A stretch of DNA of 64,000 nucleotides, taken from positions 9,486,001-9,550,000 of the forward strand of contig CM022671.1 of the NCBI GenBank assembly GCA_012295275.1, in the 5' to 3' direction. The position numbers and the translations under genes were made by a program. The first letter of the stretch is position 1; every line of letters begins with the position of its first letter. Below, piece by piece: positions 26,750 to 39,850 of this stretch. Below the pieces are notes generated by a model, which had not been told where the DNA came from, did not search any database, and saw only the letters and a list, made by a program, of their open reading frames with translations. The stretch comes from Chrysomallon squamiferum. Taxonomy: Eukaryota; Animalia; Mollusca.

Positions 26750-29024
26750 AACTTTATATCAATCACTAAGACTTATTTCTGATCTGTGTCTCAAATAGCT
26801 AACATATTTATGTTACAAAAGAAATTCTGCTCTAAGATACCAGAAAATGTCCTATTTCCTTAAGAAACAAACAAAATGAGACCCATATTTTTAAAATATC
26901 TTGAAAATTGAAGCAGATGTGGCAATTTCAGATGCTGGAAAATGTACCAATTATTTTCTATTGTTTTATTATGTCCTTTGCCACATACAGTGATCCGGAG
27001 TAAAAAAAAAAACTGTCAAAAATGTATAAAAGAGAAGTGTAAACAATTTTTTATTTAGTTGAAGCCAAAGTAAACATAAAAAAGAAATTGAAAAATTGCT
27101 GAGAACAGAATTAGAGTATAAACACAAGCATTCATGCAGTTTATAAATAACGCAGACAAACGCTCACCACCAATCAGAAGGCAGCATTTGGTTTCATGTG
27201 TCCTCATTCACTCAAACAGCGATGTCCATTAACAAAGAATTGCGTTCAACATCAATCACAATTGAACAATGTCACAATTATATATTTCCATGAAATTTGG
27301 CATGCATTTTAAAAAAAATTGCTCACCTGCTCAGCTGCTCAGCCTACTTAGATGACTTTGTAAGGCAAATTTTAAACTTTTTTCATAAGAATATTGGAGA
27401 TGCTTGTGGCTAATAGAAATTAAATTTTTGAAAACAAGGATGGTTAGAAATGGGTGCAGAACATCATCAAAAAAGTTTTTTTTTTGAAATTTATTTATAA
27501 GCTGTTAGCAGACCATTTTCTGATGGTCCTCTCCCTGTCCACTGCTACTGGAGAATGACGTTATCAGTGATCACCAGAAAAGCTGAGACAGCAAAATGTG
27601 TGTAATTGTAACATTGCTAGTTAACATTGATCATTTAGACCCTGTTTGAAAATATTTATCTTGTTCAGCTAAATCATATTGTACCATCATCAAGACATTT
27701 CTTATTGCCTGTAGTATTTTTACCGGATAAACCTCCCACACAAATGACATTTAACCATAATTTAAAAATAAACACATAAAAAAATAATGAAAAAAAGATA
27801 AAATAGTTATAAAAAAAAGCAGAAAGGGAGTTTTATGTTCAAATTTATTTTCAATTATAACAAAATATAGTTACTTCAATAGTTAGACATACTGCTTATA
27901 CAAACTTGTGCAGTTTTAACTTTTGTTTTGGCTATAATATAGAAAACAGTTTAATTAAACTAATTTGATTTTTGAATAATCAAAATAAAATTAACACTTA
28001 CAAAAATAAGAGACTCCACATTATTAAGAAATAATAATGGGAGAGAGAGCTTTAGGATTATATGCATAATTATTCAAGTGTTTGTTAAAGCAACAGGCTT
28101 GAAGAATGAAATTATTTAAAATTCCATTTTATCTTGTATGATGATGAAAGTAAAAGTCACTGGAGGTTTACTGCTAACAGTATTTTAGCATTCACCATAC
28201 AGGAGTAATGTATGATCAGTTGGGAGTCTTATTTCCTGTTTCTAATATCTCTGTAAAATTAAATTATATAATTATTTATTTATTTATTTATTAAATTTAT
28301 TTATTTATGTTTCTTAATATTTTTCACTTCATTTCATTTCATTTATTTATTTATATTATATTATATTTCATTTTATTTATGTTGTGCATAATTTTTTTCA
28401 TTATTTCATTTTTATTGTTTATATTTTTTCATTATTATTTTATTTTTATTATTGATAATTATTTTTCATGAACTGACCAATAATGATAGTTTTAGTCTCT
28501 TACAGATGTTGTTGAATTCTGTGCCATTTTCTTATTTATCCTTTTCAACATGGTATCCTGCATTTTTAGTAAAGGGCCCCTATTGTGTTTTAGGCAAATT
28601 ATTGAAGACCTCTGAATCATAATCCAAATTTATCTGCTTAATTTTCTTGTTTTCTGTATTAAAAATAAAAAATGTTGAGGGTTTAGGCAAATGGTACTGA
28701 CATTACACTCTAAGGAACACAATCAACAAACACTATATGGTAACTGAATAAAAGATTCCCAAACCTGGACAAACTATTAGAAATGGAATGTTTTTATGGG
28801 GAGAAAGGCATCAAAGGCTAAAACAAGACAAAGATAAAACTTCAGAATGATTAATTTATTTACATTGTATTATTGATGTGTAAAGTATAGCTACTGTTTC
28901 AGAGGTGGTTATGGGTATTTGAATAAGGCCATGATCTCAACCAAAGAAGGTACCAGATTACTTTGCAGAGCAAGCAAGGCATATTCATTGTCATCTCTAG
29001 CAACATGAACAAGGTACATGCAGA

Positions 29025-29830
29025 TTACTTTGCAGAGTGTATCTTCTCTGTTTCATTTCTTTCCACACATCTAGACAAACAATGGCACATTGTTCTCCTT
29101 GGTATTACTTGGGATGAGAAAGGTATCTTTTTCAAACCTTTCTCGCCACTACCTCCTATACATGGTGGTCGACCACTCTCAACATGATTTTTCCCCCACC
29201 AATCATCTTATGTTTAGCTAGTGTTGTTGGATGGACCTTAGTGGTCTTGCATCTCACCAAACATTTTTTTTCTTTTATCCTTGATTACCCACTCCACAGT
29301 AATGCAGATTCTAGAGCCAAGTTTGTTTTCAAAGAATTTGTCTGTTTTATAAATGTTCTTAAAGGTTTACCTAAGTAGTCCTTGTCAGCAAGATACAATT
29401 TTTCAAAAGTATCAGATACATTTCTCAATTCATTGATCAAAATGTCTCCATCACCAAGAAGACCATGATCACCATTTTGGTGCTGAGAGATGAGGCAGTG
29501 ATCAAGCTGCAAGTGGAGGGAACTTAATGGGATTGTTGAGGGAGCAACATCTATAGTGATAACTGAGGTAGAAGTGTCCATGTCAGAGTCCTCGCCACAG
29601 TCTTGTAAATTCTGAACTGCCTAATGTTGTGTTGAGAGAAACTGGAATTGCTTCACTGGGTTGAAATTCAGATGCCTGTCTGAATGTAAACCAGTCATCA
29701 TGAGGCAGGGTTGCACTCCTAGTGAAGAAAAGTCATCCATCTGGGTTAAAATTCCATAAAGAAATGCCATACTTCTTGATAATAGATGTTAGTGTTTACA
29801 TTGTCCCCTTGAAATGATAAAACATGAGTA
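29025..29830 (-). mobile_element. Degenerate C-terminal part of a SWIM-finger (MULE-like) transposon protein
   Basis: Minus fragments GQCKH/IIKKYGISLWNF, KVHPTTLAKHK..GG, SGRPP, PRRTMCHCLSRCVERNETEKIHSAK* resemble the ends of invertebrate SWIM/MULE-type proteins. Recalled similarity, not a search result. Confidence 0.4.
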
Positions 29831-30069
29831 TAACATTAGATTTGGTCATCAAAAATGTGCAATAAAAGAAAAGCACATCTACATCTATTATTTCTTCTTT
29901 TTTTTTGCAAAGATTATTCTAAAATGACATTCATTTTTCATTCATGCATTGTTTGTATTGATATAACTACCATCAGGCTTTCTTGTAAGAATAATCCCCA
30001 AAAGCTTTGCACTTGGTAATAATATGCATGGATCACCATTTTCATTCTTTTGAAGAAGGAACTTCTTAT

Positions 30070-30882
30070 ATAGGGACATGTCTAATACTTCATTACATTT
30101 ATTTGGTAAATCAGGATAGTCCAAAGCTATGCAATTGTCATCTCTCAAGTCACTAAGAAATAAAGAAAAGGCTGTTGTGACAGATTTAGGAATATAAGAA
30201 TTGGTGTATGGATTGATGGTGGCTAACAGAAGTGGCTTTGTACCTGTCAAATGTAAGTTTCTGAAAAGAGTGTCCAGCTGACATTGAGATGGTAGTGTCA
30301 GTTTGGATGTAAGTGGAGATGGTTGTATTATTTGAATCATAATTTCTGTCATCTAATTTCCTTTTTAAACCTTTAGCTGATGTGAAGTCCATATCTCTCA
30401 GTTCCATAGAGACACACTCTTAATGGCTGCAGGAAGCATCCAATAAGCCAGACTTTCAGTAACTGTTTTGGAATCTTAAATTCACACAGTGGCCTCTAAG
30501 CTGAAAAGCAGAGCAGCAATATGCAAAAAGGGTTCTCCAAGCCTTACCATACACTTGGATTGAGCTTCCTTCACCATACCATCCTTGCTTGCAATAAGCC
30601 ATGATCTCTGAGGCTTTTCCCATAACCTTTGGGAATGAAGTACCTGAAATATACAAATAAGGTCAATTTTTTTTTTTTTTTTAAATTAATACTTTCAATA
30701 TACTGAAGTTTAGTTATCTGTAGTGGTGAGTTCACTGGGTAACATTAGCCCCCTTTTTAATTCCTTGTTCAGTCCTTGATTTGTGAAAATTTTACTAGTA
30801 ACAACATTTAAATGTAAATGTGATAAATTTGTCCTCAGTGTGTGTGTGTGTGTGTGTGTGTGGGATGTGTATGTATACATAT

Positions 30883-30916
<34 letters not shown>

Positions 30917-31373
30917 CTGTATGAATATATATCTGTGTATATCTGTATATTTGTTGGTGTGTGTATTTATATATATATATATATACACAAATACATATCT
31001 ATATTTAAAACAGTATTCATTTGGAAATTATCAGACTACTGCTCCCACTTAATCCCACATAATTAAGCATGAGTTACATGATTGTGATGATGTACAATCA
31101 TAATCATGAAGTGACTAAAATTTTGTCTTGAAATTCTATGGTGGCTGTCTCAGTAACCTATCCACACACAAACTGGTATGACTTCAGATCATCAGCAGTA
31201 TAAGTACTTAGTGAAAAAACAAGATAGTTAACAATGTCCACATGTGTTATTGCTGGGAAAATGTATACATTTTCTTACCATTCTTTCAGTCAATATGGGT
31301 CATTCCCATCAATTAATTCACACGTACATCTGTTTCAAGGCTATCCCTGTAAATAATGTTCTCTGAACAGCAT
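30070..31373 (-). pseudogene. Two-exon relic of a SWIM-zinc-finger/YqaJ-type gene, as carried by ISL2EU (PIF/Harbinger-related) transposons
   Basis: Exon 1 (~31373-31105): LIDGNDPY...FPAITHVDIVNYLVFSLSTYTADDLKSYQFVCG*V. Acceptor atttcag| at 30644. Exon 2: VLHSQRLWEKPQRSWLIASKDGMVKEAQSKCMVRLGEPFLHIAALLFSLEATV*I*DSKTVTESLAYWMLP...DMDFTSAKGLKRKLD (decayed CxC...CxH SWIM). YqaJ core not seen. Confidence 0.7.
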
Positions 31374-31511
31374 TGTGGAAATGAGTTGCCTAACTGGAAC
31401 CACTCTATTGTCAACCAACAGCTTTTGACTTAATAGAAATCTTTTTACAGTAACTTGCTGGCTTCAGAATTAAATATACAAGTGAAATTGTTTTTAACAA
31501 ATCTCTCTATA

Positions 31512-31711
31512 NNNNNNNNNNNNNNNNNNNNNNNNNNNNNNNNNNNNNNNNNNNNNNNNNNNNNNNNNNNNNNNNNNNNNNNNNNNNNNNNNNNNNNNNN
31601 NNNNNNNNNNNNNNNNNNNNNNNNNNNNNNNNNNNNNNNNNNNNNNNNNNNNNNNNNNNNNNNNNNNNNNNNNNNNNNNNNNNNNNNNNNNNNNNNNNNN
31701 NNNNNNNNNNN
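31512..31711. other. Assembly gap (200 N)
   Basis: Run of 200 N. Continuity across it is unverified. Confidence 1.
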
Positions 31712-31757
31712 TGAACCAAGAAATAGTTAATACTCTCTTGTGTAAGAAAGTTGAAAA

Positions 31758-31804
<47 letters not shown>

Positions 31805-31980
31805 ATATTTATATTTATATATGCAGGGTTCCTCGATCTACGTCGTCCTCCACGTGCGCCGTTTTGACTTTATGGCGGCAATCATAATAAAAAATACAGA
31901 AAATAAATTTCCACTTGTAGCAGCGCCACGTAAACTAAAAACGTCAACGAAGCAGCGCAAGTTAAAGGTCAGTTGTTTTT

Positions 31981-32535
31981 GTGAGCGGCGGAAGAATACT
32001 GATTACATGACGTTTGTTTGTGAGAGATGTGTGAGTGGCGGAAGAATACTGCGTTACATGACGTTTGTTTGTGAGAGATGTGTGAGAGGCGGAAGAATAC
32101 TGATTACATGACGTTTGTTTGTGAGAGATGTGTGAGTGGCGGAAGAATACTGCGTTACATGACGTTTGTTTGTGAGAGATGTGTGAGTGGCGGAAGAATA
32201 CTGCGTTACATGACGTTTGTTTGTGAGAGATGTGTGAGAGGCGGAAGAATACTGATTACATGACGTTTGTTTGTGAGAGATGTGTGAGTGGCGGAAGAAT
32301 ACTGCGTTACATGACGTTTGTTTGTGAGAGATGTGTGAGAGGCGGAAGAATACTGATTACATGACGTTTGTTTGTGAGAGATGTGTGAGTGGCGGAAGAA
32401 TACTGCGTTACATGACGTTTGTTTGTGAGAGATGTGTGAGAGGCGGAAGAATACTGATTACATGACGTTTGTTTGTGAGAGATGTGTGAGCGGCGGAAGA
32501 ATACTGCGTTACATGACGTTTGTTTGTGAGAGATG
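31981..32535. repeat. 50/51-bp CpG-rich minisatellite, ~11 copies, two alternating variants
   Basis: gtgag(a/t)ggcggaagaatactg(a/cg)ttacatgacgtttgtttgtgagagatgt. Confidence 0.97.
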
Positions 32536-32947
32536 GCGTCGCTTAGACGCAGCATATCCCCAACACGTTCTTTGTGTACCGCGTGCTTTGTTTACATCAG
32601 CTCTCTCACTTTTGTGTTTGCTTTTTTCTTTGGGACTTTTTATTCTTCAGTGTGTCTTCAAAACGAAAGGCAGATTGTTCCCATGGCAGAGCGTCGAAGA
32701 AAAGGAAAGTGAATACACTAGAAGTGAATCTACACGTTATTAAAAAGTTTCATTTGTCATCTTTCTCTACTATTATTACGTTCTCCCTTTCATTTTGTTA
32801 TGGTTTAGTTCTGTTTCTGATATATTCGTATGATTTTAGGGTGGTTTAGGTTGTGTAAGTGACTTAGGCTGTTTTAATTCTGACTTGCATGGCAAATCGC
32901 CTTACGTCCGTCCGTACCAATGATTCTCCGACATATCTCGTGCACCC

Positions 32948-33028
<81 letters not shown>

Positions 33029-33509
33029 AATGCGTAGGTAAATAATATGTTTTAAGTTTACTAGACATGAAATTTAGATCTATTCATTCGTTAATATTTT
33101 TTGTTTCTGTTTACTTTTTTTATTTCGCTTTAAATTATATAAAAAAATGTTCGTAAATTATACATTTTTGAACATGGAAATATGAACTGTTGTGTTATTT
33201 ATTTATCAGTTTTATTTTATCCAGATTTGTATAACACATTGAAGTAATTATGTTTTACTTAGAATTTACTGGACACAAAATTTGCAACTGTTTGTTTATT
33301 TATTTGTTTATGTGTAAGATGTAAATAAATGAAAATCTGATAAATAAATTAATTTGTATTTTTTATCATGAACTTTTACTTGGTTTATTTTTGTATTTAA
33401 TTTGTGTTTAAAATGTAAACAGACACCCCGAGCAAAATACTTGATCCAAGATCCGACATTTCTTCGCCGATGATTCAATAAATCGAACATAATAAATCTG
33501 AACTGAATT

Positions 33510-33665
33510 GCGCGCTTACTCCCGAGTATGCACGTCTAAGGTAACATGACGTCACATACAGGCTGCTTTGTTTCTAGGCAACAGCGTAGTCTGAACACGG
33601 AAAACACGGCCAATGTTTCATCAGTTCAGAGAAATGTGTTTCTAATTTGCGGCGGATAATTAGGT
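33510..33665. promoter_or_regulatory. CpG-rich promoter-like motif cluster
   Basis: ZNF143/SBS-like actcccgagtatgcac (33518-33533), palindromic CRE TGACGTCA (33547-33554), RFX X-box-like GTTTCTAGGCAAC (33570-33582) and CCAAT (~33610). Confidence 0.45.
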
Positions 33666-34173
33666 GAATTCCTTTCAACAGGTTAAATATTAAACACTGA
33701 CATGTTGTACTTAAGATGACGCCAAGCAGATATATGTTTCATTTTATTTGAAACTTAATGTTTCTTTTTCATTTCTGACAAATAGATATATAAAAAACTG
33801 TGTTTGTTATACAATGTACAATATTCCGATGATTTTATATAAAGAAAATAAATATTACATTTAGTTTCATACGCAGACCAGACAATCTTTCTCCTTTAAA
33901 TAAACTATTTTTCTTTGACATAATAAATAATAAATGAATGAACATTACACAAATTTTATTAAATATACTTAATTTCTGTGCATATTTCCATTTAAAAAAA
34001 AAAAATAAAATAAAAAAATAAATAAATAATTTGCGAGCAGAAACTCTGAAAGAGACTGTCGCCTGCATTTTGAGGACGCGATTTGTGATTAATCTTCTAT
34101 AACTCTCCATTACGGAATATTTTAACGTAAATAAAACGTTTAATACCATTATTTGTTTCGTTTTGTTTGTTTT

Positions 34174-34231
<58 letters not shown>

Positions 34232-34489
34232 ATGTCGACTAACAATGAACCGCCTTTCTTTCAGAAATATGAAAAGGTAAAGTTAGGTTTAATAAAAGTC
34301 GTTATAAAAGATTGATATTCATGCATTGATCGTGTTCTATCACGTTCTGAACGTCGATAATTTTCTTTTTCACAGCGTCATTGAAATAAACCTTACATTT
34401 CTATCGCATTCAAATGAATGATCTATTCTCACTGAAAACATTAAGAAATTACAGTCAAGGGAGGGTCCATTATTTACTACTACGACTAC

Positions 34490-34559
<70 letters not shown>

Positions 34560-35833
34560 GTTATATTAGTAAAGCTAGAAATAAACTTCATAACATGCTT
34601 CGTTTTGAATTGATATATATATATATATATATTAATAACGTGTTGTCAGACGTTTAGAATGTAGGGTAAGGGTCGCTGTTTAATGTATCAGATCCTCACA
34701 GTCAAACAATCTGTTTTTTGTTCTGTTTGTTCAAGTGAGCGGAGAGATTGTCTGAACATATTTAGTATTGTATTGAATATCAGAGACAGCTTTGAATTGC
34801 AGTCTGTTTCTCTGTGTGAAACTCTTTACACGTATTCTCTGCTTTTCAACATGAGATCTAAGATCAGCTAAATGTCAACAGAACTTTTGTAACATCATGT
34901 TTTGTGACAGTGAAAGTATCATTTATTACTTTTATTTTCTCAAAGAAAAAGTGCTTCAGATTCGAGATCAGAACGACATTTGACTTCTTCACACGATTAA
35001 CTGTTCCTTCCCATGACACCTGGTGGAAACCTACCTGAGTTCAATTTATGTTAATGTATGCTAATTTATTCCTGCCTTAGCAAAATGGTAACATACAAAA
35101 GCCTTCTGAGACCTTATATTAATTTTACAATTTTGAAAAATTATTATTATTATTCTTAACATGAATCATTTATTTACATAACACTGTGTTTTCCTCACTC
35201 ATTACACATAAAATGAAGGTAGTCGTCGTTGTATTCTGTTTTTGATGTAAAATGAAAAGGTCTCTCTCCCACGACACGTTGTGTCTGCGTGTGCAATAAA
35301 TTCTAATATTCGACATGAATCGCTTTGATATTGTAAAACATTTCTTAACACTTGTTTATGACAAATGTTAATCTTGAAACCCATAGTTATTTTATTCACA
35401 GAATAAAACTATTCTAACTGCTCTACAGTTTAGAAGTAAACAATATTTTATACATACCTTCTTAAAGACAGTTGAAAACAGATTTTTCATACATCAGTTC
35501 TGGAGCCATTGGGTTCAACTCTTCTTGGAGACTCCTAGGTCACTACGAAAGAATGGTGCGTAAAAATCGTGGTATGTAATGTAATGCATGTAACAAGAAA
35601 TGTGAAAACTGTTTAGATGATAAAACAATGTAACAATGTATAATTTTATTTTACTACGACACAATAACATTTATTTGGATGGAATACAAGAATAATATGA
35701 AACACATTTTATACTTTGATTTAATTCATTTTTTTTTTTTGGATTTCCAATCCGATTTATGAAAATAATTTATTTTATTTTTTATAACTTATATATATAT
35801 TATATTTACATTTTATTGTTATTGTCATAACTA

Positions 35834-35874
<41 letters not shown>

Positions 35875-37124
35875 ATTATTTATTTATTTATATTATGGTT
35901 GGATTATGTTAAGAAATGTGTTAGAATAGTATTAAGTCTAGGGGTAGTGGGGGTGTTAGGATTAGGGTTTAGGCTATGGACAGACAGTGAGACGAAATTA
36001 ATCATAAACTTAATCACAGGCTTAGGTGCACAGATGTAGAGCTAACATTCAGGTAAGTAATATCAGAAACGTTGTTGTATTTAGAGTTAATTCGGGGATG
36101 GTATTAGTATTCGTTTAAGGTTAAATATAAAGATAAAATTAGTAATTCCTATAAATATTTTCATGTGAAAATAGTATGCCGTATGAATAATATCCTGTTT
36201 AGAAACCATCCTGAATTAACACTACCCTCTACAAATCACCAATCTCTGAAATATGTGGAATTTGATGCTGAAAGAGAAACCATTTTGAAACACTCATTAA
36301 ACTAATTCAACACCCTATGAACCCTCTTTTGGCTTCATCTTACAATCCTCTTTATGTCCGCCATGACCTGTTTTCTACACCATTTCTCCCACCTGTAGCG
36401 CTCTCTTTACCTGTATTGTCAATACACATTTTAACATCGAACCAGACTGCTTCAAAAGCATTACAATAAGAGTGTTCTAAAAGCCTTTTTATGAATAACT
36501 GAACTTATCGTGTTCCTGCTTTTCATGTAAATGTAATTGAAGATTATGTAATTAGGAGTAATTGGAATTTATCTAAATTTAAAAAAATATATATAAATTC
36601 ACCAAAATTTAAAAAAAAAAAACCAAAAGCCAAACGAAAAAATTATTTTATCTTTCCTTTTTTATATTATTTATTATATCAGGGGAAAATCCAGGTTTTC
36701 TTGTGGGTAATCATTGTGTAAATCTATTTAAAATTGTGTAATTAGGATAAGAAGTGCTATAATATTTTCTGTGAGAGATAGAGTAAGAAAGCCAGAGGGA
36801 AATGTGTATATCTCATAACTTATTCTTGAGTACTCACTTCTGTCTAATCTCTGTTGGCCTGTCTGTCTGTCTGTCTGTAAATAGAAAGGGCTTTCAAATT
36901 AATGACACTATTTGAAATTAGAAAAAGTAGCAATACCCTATGTATCCATCTGTTAATCTATCTTCAGTAACTGTCTATGTAGATATATCTATTTATCATA
37001 ATCAATCTATCTGTCTATCTATCTAACCAATTAAATGTTATTTTATTAATGTACTAATTAGCCATTCCCTTTGGAAATGTTGCCACCCTACACCACGGTG
37101 AGGTTCAGTACACGTAGGGGATGT

Positions 37125-38770
37125 TAGTAATGGTTAGTATTTGTTAAATGTTAGTATTTGGTTAATGTTAGTATTTTGTTAATAGTTAGTATTTGTTAAT
37201 AGTTAGTATTTGATTAATGGTTAGTATTTGTTAATAGTTAGTATTTGTTAAATGTTAGTATTTGGTTAATGGTTAGTATTTGTATATAGTTAGTATTTGT
37301 TAAATGTTAGTATTTGATTAATGGTTAGTATTTGGTCAATGGTTAGTATTTTGTTAATAGTATTTGTTAAATGTTAGTATTTGATTAATGGTTAGTATTT
37401 TGTTAATAGTATTTGTTAAATGTTAGTATTTGGTCAATGGTTAGTATTTTGTTAATAGTATTTGTTAAATGTTAGTATTTGTTAAATGTTAGTATTTGAT
37501 TAATGGTTAGTATTTGGTCAATGGTTAGTATTTTGTTAATAGTATTTGTTAAATGTTAGTATTTGATTAATGGTTAGTATTTTGTTAATAGTATTTGTTA
37601 AATGTTAGTATTTGGTCAATGGTTAGTATTTTGTTAATAGTATTTGTTAAATGTTAGTATTTGTTAAATGTTAGTATTTGATTAATGGTTAGTATTTGGT
37701 CAATGGTTAGTATTTTGTTAATAGTATTTGTTAAATGTTAGTATTTGTTAAATGTTAGTATTTGATTAATGGTTAGTATTTGGTCAATGGTTAGTATTTT
37801 GTTAATAGTATTTGTTAAATGTTAGTATTTGATTAATGGTTAGTATTTTGTTAATAGTATTTGTTAAATGTTAGTATTTGGTCAATGGTTAGTATTTTGT
37901 TAATAGTATTTGTTAATATTTAGTATTTGTTAAATGTTAGTATTTGTTAAATGTTAGTATTTGTTAAATGTTAGTATTTGATTAATGGTTAGTATTTGGT
38001 CAATGGTTAGTATTTTGTTAATAGTATTTGTTAAATGTTAGTATTTGATTAATGGTTAGTATTTTGTTAATAGTATTTGTTAAATGTTAGTATTTGGTCA
38101 ATGGTTAGTATTTTGTTAATAGTATTTGTTAATATTTAGTATTTGTTAAATGTTAGTATTTGATTAATGGTTAGTATTTGTTAATATTTAGTATTTGTTA
38201 AATGTTAGTATTTGATTAATGGTTAGTATTTGGTCAATGGTTAGTATTTTGTTAATAGTATTTGTTAAATGTTAGTATTTGGTTAATGGTTAGTATTTGG
38301 TTAATGGTTAGTATTTGTTAATGGTTAGTATTTGTTAATGGTTAGTATTTGTTAAATGTTAGTATTTGTTAAATGTTAGTATTTGGTTAATGGTTAGTAT
38401 TTGTTAATAGTATTTGTTAAATGTTAGTATTTGATTAATGGTTAGTATTTGGTTAATGGTTAGTATTTGTTAAATGTTAGTATTTGTTAAATGTTAGTAT
38501 TTGATTAATGGTTAGTATTTGGTCAATGGTTAGTATTTTGTTAATAGTATTTGTTAATATTTAGTATTTGTTAAATGTTAGTATTTGATTAATGGTTAGT
38601 ATTTGTTAATATTTAGTATTTGTTAAATGTTAGTATTTGATTAATGGTTAGTATTTGGTCAATGGTTAGTATTTTGTTAATAGTATTTGTTAAATGTTAG
38701 TATTTGGTTAATGGTTAGTATTTGGTTAATGGTTAGTATTTGTTAATGGTTAGTATTTGTTAATGGTTAG
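37125..38770. repeat. ~13-17-bp minisatellite (gttagtatttgttaaat family), ~1.6 kb
   Basis: Continuous variants of (t)ggttagtattt(g/t)gttaa. The + strand is almost devoid of C. Confidence 0.97.
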
Positions 38771-39594
38771 TCTCTTTCTCTCTCTGTTTCTGTGTCTCAC
38801 TCTGACTCTGTCTCTCTGTCTCTCTGTCTCTCTCTTTCTCTGTGTGTTTAAATAACGTATCAGTATGAAAATACTACATTTTCACAGTGAAATGAAATTT
38901 TTATGAAAATATACATACTTACAGTCATAGTGAAACTCAAATTTCTTTCTCTAATCATAATAAATAACATACAAATTTTCACTTATCAAAACAGAATTTC
39001 ATAAAAAATTTAAATTCTTGATCATATTTTTGCTCTGAATAGCATTAATGAAGAAATATTAAGTTTTTAATAAAGGTCATTTTAAATATATGAAATATAT
39101 TAAGAATGCACAAATATAGATAATAATACTACTACCACCACAACTACTACTACTACTACTAATAATAATATATTTATTATTATTATTATTAGTCAATTTA
39201 GGTAGTCTAATGGAAATAACTGTTTCCATTAATAATATGGAATGAATATAATGATGATAATTTATAGCAGCATTAAGAACAAAACATTTTGAAAAAGGAA
39301 ATTAAAAATAAGAATAGAGATATATTTTCGAAATCAGATTGTTTTCTTCTTTTAATTCGTTGAGCTGATTTCTTAAGAAATTATGAAAAAAAATGTACAT
39401 GTATTTGTTTATTGTGTACGGGATATGCTGTTTAATTATTCCAAGAAGATAACAAAATATAATTGTAATAATAATTAAAAAATATTCAGATAGTAGAAGA
39501 TCATAAAAGAGAATATTAAAAGAAATAGTTACTAACAATTGTGGGTGTGTCCGTCGCAGTGACTGGGAAAATCACATTCTTTTATATATAATGT

Positions 39595-39650
39595 GTCACG
39601 TGACTTATTTCCTGTCACCATGACTGTGGCCGGAAGTGGGAGGAGTTTAC
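39595..39650. promoter_or_regulatory. Possible promoter motifs (E-box plus ETS)
   Basis: Palindromic GTCACGTGAC and CCGGAAGT in a CpG-retaining patch. No associated gene identified. Confidence 0.3.
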
Positions 39651-39674
39651 TCTGCTAAGTAGAAGTTATAGCGA

Positions 39675-39850
39675 TTAGACTTATCTCCCTTTAGTGATAT
39701 GTGTTCACAAATAAAGATTAGCGTCATGTCCCTTACGTGAGATGTACTCACTAATCTAACTAAAAATTATATTGATTAGTTATCTCCCTTTAGTGATGTG
39801 TTCACATACAGATCAGAGTTATGTCCCTTACGTGAGATGTACTCACTAAG
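39675..39850 (-). repeat. ~100-bp duplicated dispersed element related to the 40/42-bp subrepeat of the downstream satellite
   Basis: Two copies of ttatctccctttagtgat..gtgttcac...tcccttacgtgagatgtactcact. The reverse complement agtgagtacatctcacgtaaggga matches agtgaacacatctcacataaggga. A further copy lies at ~63940-63986. Confidence 0.75.

Noticed and set aside
27360-27650. Possible Harbinger-type DDE transposase fragment (GD..VANR, DGPLPV) on +, as partner of the SWIM/YqaJ gene
   Set aside because: Too degenerate. Needs several frameshifts and cannot be supported by eye.
35455-35580. Possible downstream exon of the LigB-like gene (ILS..P..MAPELM)
   Set aside because: Stops in all frames between the AG and GT sites. 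Similarity may be chance.
35935-36220. Telomere-like ttagg tract and a short 16-bp inverted repeat (36086-36220)
   Set aside because: Only a few degenerate units. More likely a fragment of a non-autonomous element than a telomere.
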